Assembly: GCA_964016885.1 (NCBI GenBank)
Contig: OZ024741.1
Coordinates: forward strand, 280,488,001-280,552,000
DNA length: 64,000 nucleotides
Source: Eledone cirrhosa
Lineage: Eukaryota
Direction: 5' to 3'
In this document: in pieces, positions 27,491 through 42,485 of the stretch
Layout of the letters: the number at the start of each line of letters is the position of its first letter
How positions within the stretch are numbered: position 1 is the first letter of the stretch
The notes under the pieces: generated by a model
The model's database searches: none
What the model was told of the DNA's origin: nothing
What the model saw: only the letters and a program-made list of their open reading frames with translations
Translations under genes and position numbers: made by a program

Positions 27491-30460
27491 ATTGAATCTA
27501 TCCCATCCAACATAGCAATTTGAGTCTCTCCCATCCAACATAGATTGAGTCTCTCCCGTCCAACATAGATTGAGTCTCTCCCATCCAACATAACAGGTTG
27601 AGTCTCTCCCATCCAACATAACAGGTTGAGTCTCTCCCATCCAACATAACAGGTTGAGTCTCTCCCATCCAACATAGCAGGTTGAGTCTCTCCCATCCAA
27701 CATAGCAATTTGAGTCTCTCCCATCCAACATAGATTGAGTCTCTCCCGTCCAACATAGATTGAGTCTCTCCCATCCAACATAGGTTGAGTCTCTCCCATC
27801 CAACATAACAGGTTGAGTCTCTCCCATCCAACATAACAGGTTGAGTCTCTCCCATCCAACATAACAGGTTGAGTCTCTCCCATCCAACATAGCAGGTTGA
27901 GTCTCTCCCATCCAACATAACAGGTTGAGTCTCTCCCATCCAACATAACAGGTTGAGTCTCTCCCATCCAACATAACAGGTTGAGTCTCTCCCATCCAAC
28001 ATAGCAGGTTGAGTCTCTCCCATCCAACATAACAGGTTGAGTCTCTCCCATCCAACATAACAGGTTGAGTCTCTCCCATCCAACATAACAGGTTGAGTCT
28101 CTCCCATCCAACATAGCAGGTTGAGTCTCTCCCATCCAACATAACAGGTTGAGTCTCTCCCATCCAACATAACAGGTTGAGTCTCTCCCATCCAACATAA
28201 CAGGTTGAGTCTCTCCCATCCAACATAACAGGTTGAGTCTCTCCCATCCAACATAGCAGGTTGAGTCTCTCCCATCCAACATAACAGGTTGAGTCTCTCC
28301 CATCCAACATAACAGGTTGAGTCTCTCCCATCCAACATAACAGGTTGAGTCTCTCCCATCCAACATAGCAGGTTGAGTCTCTCCCATCCAACATAGATTG
28401 AGTCTCTCCCATCCAACATAGCAGGTTGAGTCTCTCCCATCCAACATAACAGGTTGAGTCTCTCCCATCCAACATAGATTGAGTCTCTCCCATCCAACAT
28501 AGATTGAGTCTCTCCCATCCAACATAGATTGAGTCTCTCCCATCCAACATAGATTGAGTCTCTCCCATCCAACATAACAGGTTGAGTCTCACCCATCCAA
28601 CATAGATTGAGTCTTTCCCATCCAACATAGCAAGTTGAGTCTCCCCCATCCAACATAGCAGGTTGAGTCTCTCCCATCCAACATAACAGGTTGAGTCTCA
28701 CCCATCCAACATAGATTGAGTCTCTCCCATCCAACATAGCAGGTTGAGTCTCTCCCATCCAACATAGCAAGTTGAGTCTCTCCCATCCAACATAGCAGGT
28801 TGAGTCTCTCCCATCCAACATAACAGGTTGAGTCTCTCCCATCCAACATAGATTGAGTCTCTCCCATCCAACATAACAGGTTGAGTCTCTCCCATCCAAC
28901 ATAGATTGAGTCTCTCCCATCCAACATAACAGGTTGAGTCTCTCCCATCCAACATAGATTGAGTCTTTCCCATCCAACATAGCAAGTTGAGTCTCCCCCA
29001 TCCAACATAGCAAGTTGAGTCTCCCCCATCCAACATAACAGGTTGTCTCTCCCATCCAACATAGATTGAGTCTTTCCCATCCAAAATAGCAAGTTGAGTC
29101 TTTCCCATCCAACATAACAGGTTGAGTCTCTCCCATCCAACATAGATTGAGTCTCTCCCATCCAACATAGCAGGTTGAGTCTCTCCCATCCAACATAGAT
29201 TGAGTCTCTCCCGTCCAACATAGATTGAGTCTCTCCCGTCCAACATAGATTGAGTCTCTCCCATCCAACATAGATTGAGTCTCTCCCATCCAACATAGAT
29301 TGAGTCTCTTCCATCCAACATAGATTGAGTCTCTCCCATCCAACATAGATTGAGTCTCTTCCATCCAACATAGATTGAGTCTCTCCCATCCAACATAGAT
29401 TGAGTCTCTCCCATCCAACATAGATTGAGTCTCTCCCATCCAACATAGATTGAGTCTCTCCCATCCAACATAGATTGAGTCTCTCCCATCCAACATAGCA
29501 GGTTGAGTCTTTCCCATCCAACATAGCAGGTTGAGTCTTTCCCATCCAACATATCAGGTTGAGTCTCTTCCATCCAACATAGATTGAGTCTCTCCCGTCC
29601 AACATAGATTGAGTCTCTCCCATCCAACATAGATTGAGTCTCTCCCGTCCAACATAGATTGAGTCTCTCCCGTCCAACATAGATTGAGTCTCTCTCGTCC
29701 AACATAGATTGAGTCTCTCCCGTCCAACATAGATTGAGTCTCTCCCATCCAACATAGATTGAGTCTCTCCCATCCAACATAGATTGAGTCTCTCCCATCC
29801 AACAACAGGTTGAGTCTCTCCCATCCAACATAACAGGTTGAGTCTCTCCCATCCAACATAGATTGAGTCTCTCCCATCCAACATAGATTGAGTCTCTCCC
29901 ATCCAACATAACAGGTTGAGTCTCTCCCATCCAACATAGCAGGTTGAGTCTCTCCCATCCAACATAACAGGTTGAGTCTCTCCCATCCAACATAACAGGT
30001 TGAGTCTCTCCCATCCAACATAGATTGAGTCTCTCCCATCCAACATAGCAGGTTTAGTCTCTTCCATCCAACATAAATTGAGTCTCTCCCATCCAACATA
30101 GATTGAGTCTCTCCCATCCAACATAGATTGAGTCTCTCCCATCCAACATAGATTGAGTCTCTCCCATCCAACATAGATTGAATCTCTCCCATCCAACATA
30201 GATTGAATCTCTCCCATCCAACATAGCAGGTTGAGTCTCTTCCATCCAACATAGATTGAGTCTCTTCCATCCAACATAGATTGAGTCTCTCCCATCCAAC
30301 ATAGATTGAGTCTCTCCCATCCAACATAGATTGAGTCTCTCCCATCCAACATAGATTGAGTCTTTCCCATCCAACATAGCAGGTTGAGTCTCTCCCATCC
30401 AACATAGCAGGTTGAGTCTCTCCCATCCAACATAGCAGGTTGAGTCTCACCCATCCAATA
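27491..30460. repeat. ~3-kb minisatellite of interspersed 25-bp (CCATCCAACATAGATTGAGTCTCTC) and 28-bp (CCATCCAACATA[A/G]CAGGTTGAGTCTCTC) units, roughly 110 units
   Basis: Direct inspection. It lies in the long CCDC186 intron. Confidence 0.97.
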
Positions 30461-32694
30461 TATATTACATTCAAAGAGTAAATAAGAGATGGGATAAACA
30501 GGCTCAAGAAGTTGATGTGGAGAGGTAGGATCATTAGCTAGACTGCTTTAGTGGTCAGGTCTGTTAAAATATCAGTGATGTTTGGTGGTGGTCCTTTACT
30601 TTATTTAGTACACCTATGTAAGTATGTATGTATGTATGTGTTTTTGTCTGTTTTTTATGGGTACATATATGCACACACATACACACTTTTATATATTAAG
30701 ATAGTGAAAAGAGCATAGTTAGATGTTGCCTCTTTTCATTAAAAAAAAAATGATCAATATGCACTCATGGGGTGTTTTATAAACGTTTATGTATGCATAA
30801 CTCTAAACATGTATCTACCTACTTATCCATCTATCTACTTACCCATCCACCTATCTTTACTTCTCTCTCTCTCTGTGCAATCTAATTTACATATGGCAAA
30901 CATATATCAGACTAGCCATTTCTAATGCAATGTTGTGTTGAGCATTTTTAAATTTTTGTACTACAAAGTAAAACAAAAATAATTGTTTTTACTTTTGGCA
31001 CAAGACCAGCAATTAACCCAGTGCATTACTGGTACTTTATTTTATCGACCCCATAAGGATGAAGGGCAAAGTTAACCTCGGCGTGATTTGAACTCAGGCT
31101 GTAAAGGGGCGTAACTCTATGCTGCAAAGCATGGCGTCCGACCTCTACTGATACTAAAATAATTGTTTCTACTTTTGGTACAAGGCCAGCAATTACCCCA
31201 GTGCATTACTGGTACTTTATTTTATCAACCCTGTAAAGATGAAAGGCAAAGTTAACCTCGGCAGGATTTGAACTCAGATCATAAAGGGCCATAACTCTAT
31301 GCTGCAAAACATAGCATCTGACATTCTACTGATACTGCCAATCCACCGCCCTGAAATAATGCACACACACACACACACACACGTGCCCACACACACTTGT
31401 ACACACACATATGCACACACACATACACATACTTTTAGTGTCAGTTTGCATGTGTGTGCGCTTAGGACAGTGCAATAATTTTGTCCGTATTCTCATGTTG
31501 AGAGGGGGGGAAAAAGAAAACAGACTTATAGTTTATTAATTTAGGGTCTAGTGGTAAGAAATTCTCAGGAGAGCTGGACAGGTCAAAACACTCACTTGAG
31601 TGAGTGTTTTGACCTTTAACTTTTTACACTCTAAGGGAGTCTGGCCACATTCAGGTCATGACTCCTGGGTGCCCGTCTGCTGACATTTAGCCATTCAGAT
31701 ATCAGAGACGTGTTGTATATTTAAACTATATGGAGACTTTGTTGACAGGATCTAGCTGGAACTCCTCTCTGTTGCCTCTGCTTTCAAACTTATATTTAAA
31801 AGCTTTCTTGAGTTTGGAAAAATAATGTTGTTAGTCATATTTATACAGTGAAGCTGAAGTTTTGAAATCAGTTCATTTATTTGTAACTGGCTTGTATAGA
31901 TAATGTCCATGTCTTTCATTGAATAAGTTGGTTCATTCATAACTGATTTTGTGGCATCATGTCATTGATTGAACCGAAAATGTATTTTATTTTATTTCAT
32001 TTATTTATGTGGTTGATACTCAGGCAAAGGTCTGCAGGAAGAACATGGGGTAAGGTAGAAATATTGGGAAAAGAAGTTAGTGCAAACCCTACGAGGTGGA
32101 GTGGCTGTTCCTGCCCATCTCCCTCGCTATCCTCTGGGGCAATGTCTTCTCCATCCTGTCTGCCAGGACCATGAGGTGGACTGACCTTTAACCTGCATTG
32201 ATAGATTTGAAGATAGTTACACCAATGTTGATTTACAGCATATGATCTGTTTTTCTGACTCCTTTGGAGCACCCAAAATATTCTCACAGCACTATTTTGA
32301 ACAGCAGGCCCAAAACACCAAGGAGGCTCTCTAGGGATGGTGTCACTGAGGCCTGCTCTAGATTCCAGTCGCACCTGGAGAAAGTGGTGGTTGCCATAGG
32401 TGGCCAAATTAAGTGATTTTTGTATCTTATACATATGCCGAACTGTGTATAAAGTTTCATTGAGCTATATTAATTTGTTATATAAAAATGCTATTTTTAT
32501 TAACCATTAATTTTTTCCGGATTTAACTGCGCCATACTGTATGTATATATATATATATATATATATATTGTATATTATATATTATATAGTATTGTAGTAT
32601 CAAAATGTTTCTTTCTTGTTAAAGTAAGTATTCAGTAAATGTAAATATACTTTTATGACTTATGAATCGTTGGAAGAGTTTGAAATTTGAAAAC

Positions 32695-33175
32695 ATGAGT
32701 GCCCTAGTGCACAAAATTATTGTAACAATAGTCGATCACTATAAATAATAGTTGAAAAAATTGGTTTAAATACTCTTAAGATGGAAAAGAGATGAATAGA
32801 AGTACTTTCCTTGCAGGTGCCTCTCTTCATCATCATTTAATGTCCATTTTTCCATGCTTGCATTAGGTTAGATGGGTTGTCACCTTATGAGACAACTCGG
32901 GTCAAGAGACCATGTCTTGCTCTTACAGATCTGTATTTTGGCTTGATTTCTATGTCTAGATGTTCTTCCTAACACTCACCATGTTAGCGAGTGGACTGGG
33001 TGTTTTTTTTATTGTGGCACTAAAGTAACCATCAAACAGGGTGGATGAACTGGGTGATTTTTGTTGTCATATTTTTTATCTCAGGAATATTTTAATTAAT
33101 TTTCTCGGCTATTATTTATAGTGATCGACTGTTGTTACAGTAATTTTCGGCATTAAGACATTCACACTTTCATAC
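32695..33175. mobile_element. MITE-like element with degenerate long TIRs (..GTCGATCACTATAAATAATAG..), interrupted by an RTE-tail-like SINE piece
   Basis: 32710-32762 is the inverted counterpart of 33098-33150. The same TIR motif pairs recur at ~57163-57260 and ~57690-57915. Confidence 0.6.
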
Positions 33176-33959
33176 TTCTGTAAATTTTGAACAGGTTTAT
33201 CCTGATAGTTAATTTGGAAACTATGTAACAATAAATGTTGTTATAACTCTAGTATGGTTTGCTATTGCTTCTTTATCCCTTTCTTTATCTCTTTAATTCT
33301 ACAAAGCACACACCTTGGTTATTGTTGTTTTTTTAAGCAGGGGGTCATGTACTTTAGTTGTTTTTTTTTGTTTTTTTTTTGTTTTTTTTGGTTTGTTTTT
33401 TTCTATTTTGCTGTTTAATTTAGTGCCTTCACATTTAGCTGCTGAAATTTAGGAAATGGTTTAAGAGAGTCATTTGTTTTCTGTAGTTATAAACCATTAT
33501 TTGTCCACCAGCATAGATAAAATGGTAAAGTTTGTCACATTCATTGAAATCTTTTATTCACTAATTTTGCTGCTTATTTTCAAAATAATAAATGCCAATT
33601 TGATTTGATTTTGTGTCTATTTTTGGGTGTTGCTAATCAACAATAATTTTGAAACATTTTCTATTCTTTAAGCAGTTTTTAAATTTATTTCGGTATTACC
33701 GATATTTTGCCTTTGCTCTTAACATCCTACGATGATTCAGCAGAAAATATCTAAAATCAGGGTTTGTTAATTCAGAAGTGGGTAATGATATAATGTGAAA
33801 CTTTTTTTATATTTAGCTAAAGAAAAGGAAACAATTGTTTATGTAAGAGTATGAGTTAGAAGATTGAGATTAAACATTATTTTTTCTGATGATGGCTTCA
33901 ATAAAGTTTTAACAGAAAGTCAGTTTTTGTAAGGAGTTCTATTTTAAGTAGTAGTGTAT

Positions 33960-34760
33960 TGTCAATGTGCTTCGGCTTGTTCCTGTGGGTGGTCGGGTCT
34001 TCTGTATTACTACATGATGCCAGAGGTCACGGTCGTGTGTCATTGGCCTTGAGAGGTGCAATTGGGTAAGGTCGGCCTTTATCATCTCATCCCAAGTCTT
34101 CTTGGGTCTCCCCACTCCACGGCTTCCATCGACTTCTAGTGCTCTGCACCTTTTTATGCAGCTGTCATCCTTCATACGCATCACATGTCCATACCAACGT
34201 AACCTCCTCTCCTGCACACAGCATTTGATTCCTCTTATGCTCAGTCTCTCTCTCTCAATTCGTTTATACTTTGCTGTTCGTGTATATTACTATTACACAT
34301 CCATCGGAGCATGCAGGCTTCGCTTCTTTCTAATCTGCGCAAGTTTTCTACAGACAGCACCCAGGTCTCACTACCATGTAACATTGCTGTTTGTATATAT
34401 GCATCATACAGTCTACCTTTCATTTTGAGGGAAAAGCCTTTTGCAACTAGCAGTGGCAGTAGCTCCCTGAACTTCTTCCATCCCGTTCTTACCCTAGTAC
34501 TTTCCGAACCCCCCACCCCCCACAGATTATAGCACGGGGGACTCTGTCGAAGGCTTTTTCCAGATCGACGAATGCCAGGTAGAGCGGCTTACTTTTAGCT
34601 AGGTACTTTTCCTGTAACTTCCTCACAAGGAAGAGGGCATCAGTGGTGCCTTTTCTTGGTACAAACCCAAATTGCAACTCATCTAGTTTCACCCGGTCCC
34701 TAATCAACTGTGCTATAACTCTTTCCGTTACTTTCATGACCTGGTCCATCAGCTTTATAA
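33960..34760 (-). mobile_element. RTE-clade LINE fragment with an internal deletion, same family as 5420-6628
   Basis: QFGFVPRKGTTDA and FVDLEKAFDRVPR join directly to GWKKFRELLP, HGSETW and RRLRWYGHVMR. Confidence 0.9.
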
Positions 34761-37700
34761 CAGCGATTCAATCAAATATCCATAATGTCGTTACGCCACC
34801 TTTCCATGTTGGCATGAGTTGGATAGGAGGTTTTGGAGGCAGTGTTTTTATGGTCACATGCCCTTCTTGATGCCAACCCTTTTTTAGTTGCCTCTTATAA
34901 CATGCAAGGATATGACATTCCTCTTCTAAAATATGGGATAAACACAAATAATTACAATATTAAGCATGTTTTTGCTTTTTATTTCCTTGTGTCATTCATC
35001 ATCATCACTGTTTTAACATCCATTTTTCTATGCTTGCATGGTTGGACGGGTTCTTTTCAGCACAACATCTCTCCATTCGCTGCATTCTTTCGTCCTCTCC
35101 TCTGTGAGTCTCAGCGATTTGAGATCAGCTCTCACTACCTCTGCCCAGGTCTTCCTTGGTCTACCTCCTATATGTTAAATTACTTAAGATAATATTGCTT
35201 TGTCCATAATATTCAGGTGTGTATGTTGATTTTGCATTAACATTTATAGAGCTATTTGAAATGGTAAAGTACCTGACTGATTTCCCTAATATATTTACTT
35301 CCAATCCTTTACATTCAGTTCAAATCTCACCAGAGTTAACTTTGCTTTTCTTCTACTTGGGTTTGATACTACAAGTCCCAGTTATATGCTGTTGACTTAG
35401 TCTATTTTCATAGCAAAAATGTTATGTGCCTGCTCAAAAGATATTGTTATTTGATTCATAAGTTTCATGCATGCTGTGTCTTTTGCATTGAAAGTTTTTT
35501 TAGAATGTCAAATTTTCTTTTTGTTGATAATCTTTGTTGAAAAGTAAAGCTGTTTTATTTTAGAGTGCATGTACTTTCCAGAGTTTTCTGTTTAATTCAT
35601 AGCCAATGGTTTCTTAGGTTTTAGATTTAAATGTTCATCTGAACAGAATTTGACGTCTGAGTCTTTTATCTCTTGAGGACCTCGTTTTCAAAAGTATATT
35701 TATTTGTTTAATGTGTATGTAATATGTAATGATAAGAATATTGCTCAAGTAACTTCACTATTAATGTCTGTTTTCTTATTGTGCATTGCATGTTTTGCTA
35801 TGTGTGTTTTGGTCTCGTGTAATTCTTCTTCTTTGTTCTTTTTCCTTTTTATTTCTTTTTCTTCTTTTCTTTTTCTTCTTCTTTTCTTTTTCTTCTTCAC
35901 ACACTTATTCCTGAGAGGGTGGGGTCAGAGTCCTCAAACACTCCTTCCAGTAGGTCCTGTCAGAAGGAATCGTCTCCAAGCAAAACAAGCCAAGCTCATG
36001 GATGTTATTCAACCATCTTGCTCAGAATCTGCCACTCAGTCTCCTCTCTATTGGTTTTGCCTGTAAAATCTGTCCAGCAATTGTTTCCTGAGTCATTCTA
36101 GCCACATGCCCATAGTATCAGAGCTGTGACCACTCAATTCGGAGATGTAGTGGCTCTACCTGGAGTGACTCTCTGATCTTCAAACTACGCACTCTATCGA
36201 GTAACATTATTCCAGAGACCCTTTGGAGGAACTCCATTTTGGGCGCTTGTATTTGCAATCGTATACTTTTGGTCATTACCCAAGATTCGTGATCATAGGT
36301 AATGGTTGGCATGAGTACTGAATTGAAGATAGTTAGTTAGGCTTTTACGCCTACCTCCCTTCTTCTGATTACTGAATGCTGAAGCTGGCACATTACTGCA
36401 CCAGCTCTTGCAATTCTTATATTTAATCCAGCCGCCTGCCTTCCATCACTTGTGAACACGGCCCCGAGATACTTAAACTTTTCCACCTGCTTCAGTGGAA
36501 CTCCATTTACATGTAGAGTGCACTGTGCAGGCTTCCTTAAGAGGATATGTGTCTCAGTTTTCGCAGCTTTGATTTTCATTCCAGCCATGCCGCACTCGGC
36601 GTCAAACCTATCAAATGCATGTCAAAAATCACTTTCTAAAGAGTTATAATTATATGAGTAATAGAGAATTATCAACATAAAATGCCCCAATGCGATTAAA
36701 AATTTGTGTTTGTATGTTAATCTGGTACATAATATTCTTTTGACTATTTCCAAGCCTTAATCATGTTTTTGTTATAGGCAGTTGATATTTTTGACTGACA
36801 ACTTCTAAAGGTACACAATCTCATTGGTATTATAATACACAGATTAATGTCATCTGTTTGGATAGAAATGTAATATGAATAAGTGTTGTTTATCCTGTTT
36901 ATGACCCCAAATCATCTCTGAATTTTTATTCAACATCAATTTCCAGTGCTTCAATAGCTCATAAATTATATTTTGTTTTGTTTGTTACTTTTAATATTAC
37001 CATTATACAATCTGACTTTTGTTAAAATATCCCAGTATAACTCATATTGAGTGTCCTTTATCTTTCACGTGTTAAATGTAGGCTAATATTTGTTTCTACT
37101 TTAGACTCAAGGCCAGCAATTTAAAGGGGGAGGAGAAAGTCGATTAAATCGATCCCAGTGTTTTACTGGTGTTTATTTATCGACCCTGTAAAGGATGAAA
37201 GGCAAAGCTAACCTCGGTGGATAAAAACTTAGAATGTAAGGGGCCGTAAGTCCATGCCGCAAAGCATATCGTCCGATACTGCCAATCCGCCACCCTTATA
37301 GGCTAATGATGACGCCATGTTCCTTCTAATCAAATTACTAAATTAATGGTTATGCATATGATAACTGACCTTCAATCTATTGGCTGTTAAACCTATATAA
37401 TAAGCATTACAGATAGTTAGGATACCAACTTTACATATATATATATATACTACATCGTTATTTAAACACTTCACTTCTAAAAGGCAATTGTTCCTATTTC
37501 TGCAATAGCAATTTTTATTACTTCTATAATTAGTTGCGTTAGAAGAGATTATGTTTATCTATAGTATGTATATGTGTGTGTACATATGTATATATGTAAT
37601 GTGTGTGTGTGTGTATATATATATATAGTTGAGAAAGCTTGTGTGTATATGTGTGCATCTCTTTCATATCTTTTATGTGTAGTTATTGCCTGGTTTTCTG

Positions 37701-38529
37701 TGGCCATCACAATGGGAGTTCATGTATTTTATTTTAATACCTCCTACAGTTATTCCCTCTCTTATACTATTTATCATCTTTTACTTCTATTCACCAACCT
37801 CTCATTTGTTTTTTATTCATTATTTTTGGCAGTATCGGTAGAGGGTCGGACGCCATGCTTTCCAGCATAGTTACGTCCCTTTACGATCTGAGTTCAAATC
37901 CCGCCGAGGTTGACTTTGCCTTTCATCCTTACGGGGTCGATAAAATAAAGTACCAGTAATGCACTGGGTAATTGCTGGCCTTGTGCCTAAAGTAGAAACA
38001 ATTATTTACCTTTCTATTACTCACTCTCTTTATCTCTTATTCTTTCACTTTCCCTTATCTATTGATCTCTATGATTTGTTTACATTTTGATGCAACTTGA
38101 ATTAGACACACAGTTTTTGTACTTGCAAATCATTTGTGTCTTCCTTGCAAATACATTCTTATTTAAAACCACATTTCTTCAATTTCTCTTTGACAAGGAT
38201 GACATTTTGAAATACATACACAGCTCATTTTTTCCAGCATACATCATCATCATCATTTTTACATCCAATTTTCAATTTTCAATATATATAAATTTGTTTT
38301 TGAATTTGTTTTGCGAGATTTCTTATCTGAAAATGTGTGTTGAAACAGATATTGTTATACTTTGGGAGGAAACTTATAATAAATTTAAGTGAAAACCTAC
38401 TGCTGCATGTGTTTTCATTGGCAGCATGACCCACCCAAAGTATAACAATATATATATATAAATAATTCAAGGGTAAGAAATTGTCTAGTTGTTAGATCAA
38501 TTCCTACCATCCACACACACACACACACA

Positions 38530-38577
<48 letters not shown>

Positions 38578-39415
38578 CAAACAAAGATGCATTGCCAAAG
38601 AAAATTTGGATAGCAAATAAAAAAAATTACTTACATATGGTAAGATTCCGAAATTTCAATATTTCTATGCAGTTGTTTCCTGAGTACCAGCATGGGTTGG
38701 ATGGGATGTTTTAAGACATCCCATCCAACCCATGCATTTAGCCTTGAGAGATATGCTAGATGTACATGTTCTATATAAAGTACATGAAGACAAATTTTCA
38801 GTGGTATTCCAATAACTCTATAGCTTAAGACATTTGTCCTTATTTTTCTTTCATTTTTCCCTAATTATAAAATCTTGTGAACCACCAGAGTTTTCAGCTG
38901 ATTTATTCTCAATTCTTTTAATAGTTTTGTGCTCTTTTACTAAGTCATATGTCTTTAATTAGTAGGTGTCATATGATCAAGTAAATAACCTAAGTCATTA
39001 AGATGTTAATACATTGTCTAAGGAGAACCAAATATAACATCATTAAGAGGACTATAACTCTGTGAAAATGTCTTGCAGATGGTGGCTTTTCTTAATGGCT
39101 GTTAATCATTGTTTCTTGTTTATCTATCTCTTCCAATGAAATTCATTGTATATCCTATTGTTTCTCAATCCTTCATATAATCTGGCTAATATTTTATTTG
39201 ATATACATACTAATATCGATATATATGTATATATATATATATAAGTATCATCATCATCATCATCGTTTAACGTCTATCTTCCACGCTAGCATGGGTTAGA
39301 CGGGAGTTGTCCCACTTGAGGCAAGATTGGTCTGGTGACTGTGTCTCGCTCGTATAGGACTATCTGGCAGGTTTTCTACAGCTGGATGCCCTTCCTAACA
39401 CCAACCACATTTACA

Positions 39416-39454
<39 letters not shown>

Positions 39455-40824
39455 TATATATATATATGTATATATGTATATACATACATATATATATACA
39501 TATATATATATATACTGTAAATGTGATTGGTGTATGTATATATATAAGTATATATATGTATGTATAGTTTTAGTTTGTATTACTATTAGTATTACTAATA
39601 CAGTAATACAATATAATTTATGAGTTTCTGAAAAAACAATGAAATAATTTTTAATAAATTTATAAAGAAATGTACTAAAATCCTTTTTTTTTCAAAATGT
39701 CCTTGTGAAACCAGGGTGCATCTTATACGAAGGGATGTCCATTAGGCCAGCAAAGAGCGAGAGACAGTCACCAGACCAATCTTGCCTCAAGTGGGACAAT
39801 TCCCGTCTAACCCATGCTAGTGTGGAAGATAGACGTTAAATGATGATGATGATAATATATATAAACTAACTTACCGCTTGTACCCTTCAAAAGCGATCAT
39901 TCTGTGGTGAGATTGATCTATTTCTTCCTAGATCAGCCTCAAGCTAAGCATAGTTTTGTTATGTTTGATGGGCTGGTGTCTAAGCATACCGTTGTTCAGG
40001 ATTACGTTAATAAAATAGCAATTCCTTTTGTGACTAGGCAAGGTGACTTTTTGCAAGAAGTTAATATTTTTATTTGATAAGATAAATCGTTGCTAGTGTA
40101 TTTGATTTCAGAAGTGTAATTTCTCTGAAAGTATACTAAACAACCATCTGTAACTTTCTATTAGGTTTCTATCACTTATCGCACCCAAAAGACGAGGTTT
40201 TCTCACTGTTATGATACTTTGTATTTTTCTTTCTGTAGCCATCTCAGAATCGATTTCATAACCAATTCTCACAATTGAAGGTTTGTCTGTTCCCTTCTTC
40301 TCTCTAGATCTCGAAATATTCACAGATTTCAGTTTCTAACGCTCTTTGTAATATACTACTTATTTCTTCCCTTTATCTCATTTCTGGACTTAATATTTTT
40401 GATTTGCATCAGCTCAATGTGGATTAAAAGAAACTAATTAGGCTTCATTGATCTAATTCTTCTTGCTACTAAATCTCATGTTTCTTCCAGATGTACAGAA
40501 AGTAAAATCTAATCTACAGTTTAGAAAATATGATCTTATGCATGCTACTGCCTTCACAATTTTTCTATTAACTCTTTATTGTGTTCTTTGTGCATGCTTA
40601 CTTTCTAAGTTGGTTTCCCTCTTTGCTATATATTTTCCAGTACCAACTCTCAATTCTTACTTAAGAAAATATTATTTTCATGTCACAAAATTATTTATTT
40701 ATAAGATGGGTTTTACTTTGGTCAAGGATTTCTTAAACTGGTTGCTTTCTTATTTTCAATATTTAAAAATTGCTTTTGCTCTTTCTTTCATTAACTCTCA
40801 TCTTTTCTCATCTTATGTTCTTGA

Positions 40825-41022
<198 letters not shown>

Positions 41023-41498
41023 TAATTTTAAGGATAAAATATTAGGTTTATCTCATTTGGATTTGAACTTAGAAATCCCAGAGAGCTGGAATAAATACCA
41101 CAAAGTACCGAGTCCTCACTATAAAGTTGTAAAGTGGTTGGTGTTAGTAAGGGCATTCAGCTTCAGAAATCAAGGTAAAAGACATATCTTTATGAGCAAG
41201 ATTTTGTTTCCTGACCTGACTTATCTCATAACGCTTCAACTCATCTAACCGATGCAAGTGAGGAACATTAAATGATGATGATGATGATATTCTAAAGACT
41301 CTGCTATTCACCAATCAAGTATTGTTAGAACTCACTACTTACTATTTCCTTTCACAGTTTGTTGGTTGAATTTATATTTCTAGTTGTGAATTGGGATTTT
41401 TTGAGAAATAAAATCTTAACATAATCACTTATCACCAAAAACAAAAAACCCAGAAATCTTATTTTCTCCTTAATAATTACTTTCATTTCTCTTCACAG

Positions 41499-41582
41499 GA
41501 CAGTCTTGATACTTTGGGTAAGGAAATATCTCGTCTTTCACGTGAGAATCGACAACTCCAGCTTGAACAACAGAGCAACTAA
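41499..41582 (+). CDS. CCDC186: CCDC186 last coding exon: DSLDTLGKEISRLSRENRQLQLEQQSN*
   Basis: cttcacag|GAC...TAA. Matches the family motif L.TLG.EI.RL. An AT-rich 3' UTR follows, with several AATAAA (~42.5-42.95 kb). Confidence 0.93.
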   Translation, partial: DSLDTLGKEISRLSRENRQLQLEQQSN

Positions 41583-42409
41583 CTTCTTGGAAAATAATAT
41601 GTTTATCATATCATTTAAATAATAATATGTATATTTCACAGAGTGAAACGTTTCACAAACACACACATACACACTTGCATGCATATACAGACAGACACAT
41701 ACATACACAGCAGTAAAACATTTATCAAAGAAATCATGAACACTAGAAGAACATGGGATTATGGTTTGATTATTTTATGTTGTTCTTTTAACATAACAAC
41801 AAAATAATTCCCCACACATCCTATCTTCTGGTAATGCAAATACTTTACTATAATCTTGAATTATTTTCGCAATGTATATTTGTGTGCGTGAAGGGGTATC
41901 CAGGTATGTGTATGTAGGGGTGTCCAGTTATGTGAGTGTTGGTGTGTGTGTGTATGATTGTGTGAATGAGCACATTTTTTTCAAATATGAATTCGCTAAA
42001 GAAGTCTATTATACATGTGTTGCTGTATATATAATTCGATAGATTGTAAACACTGCAGGACTATGAAGCTATGAGTGTTTCTATAAGACTTTCTGTAAAT
42101 GTATGTATAAAAGTACTATCATGAGTAAGTGGAAAAAAAGAAAAGAAAAAGAAAAAATAGTTGAGTTTATATATTGTGACTGCAAAATATACTTTGAAAG
42201 TTCCTTTTGCAAACCATTTAGAAATTTGCTAGAACAGACATATATTGTTCATCAAGATTGCATAAACTCATCTTATTTTTGTAACAATTAATTTCATTTA
42301 CATCATGGATTCCCTCTCTTTCTCTCTCTCCTCATTATTTATATATGTATGTATGTATGTATATATATATGTGTGTCTGTGTGTGTGTGTGTTTATATAT
42401 ATATGCATG

Positions 42410-42485
<76 letters not shown>

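Noticed and set aside
27491-30460. CRISPR-like array
   Set aside because: The variable parts are only 2-5 nt drawn from a few recurring variants, not unique spacers. There are no cas genes and the context is a eukaryotic intron.
27439-30534. Long ORFs (up to 692 aa) of MLDGRDS/VGWERLNL/CWMGETQ repeats as a protein-coding gene
   Set aside because: They are open in all three minus frames simply because the repeat unit lacks stops. There is no unique domain or gene structure.
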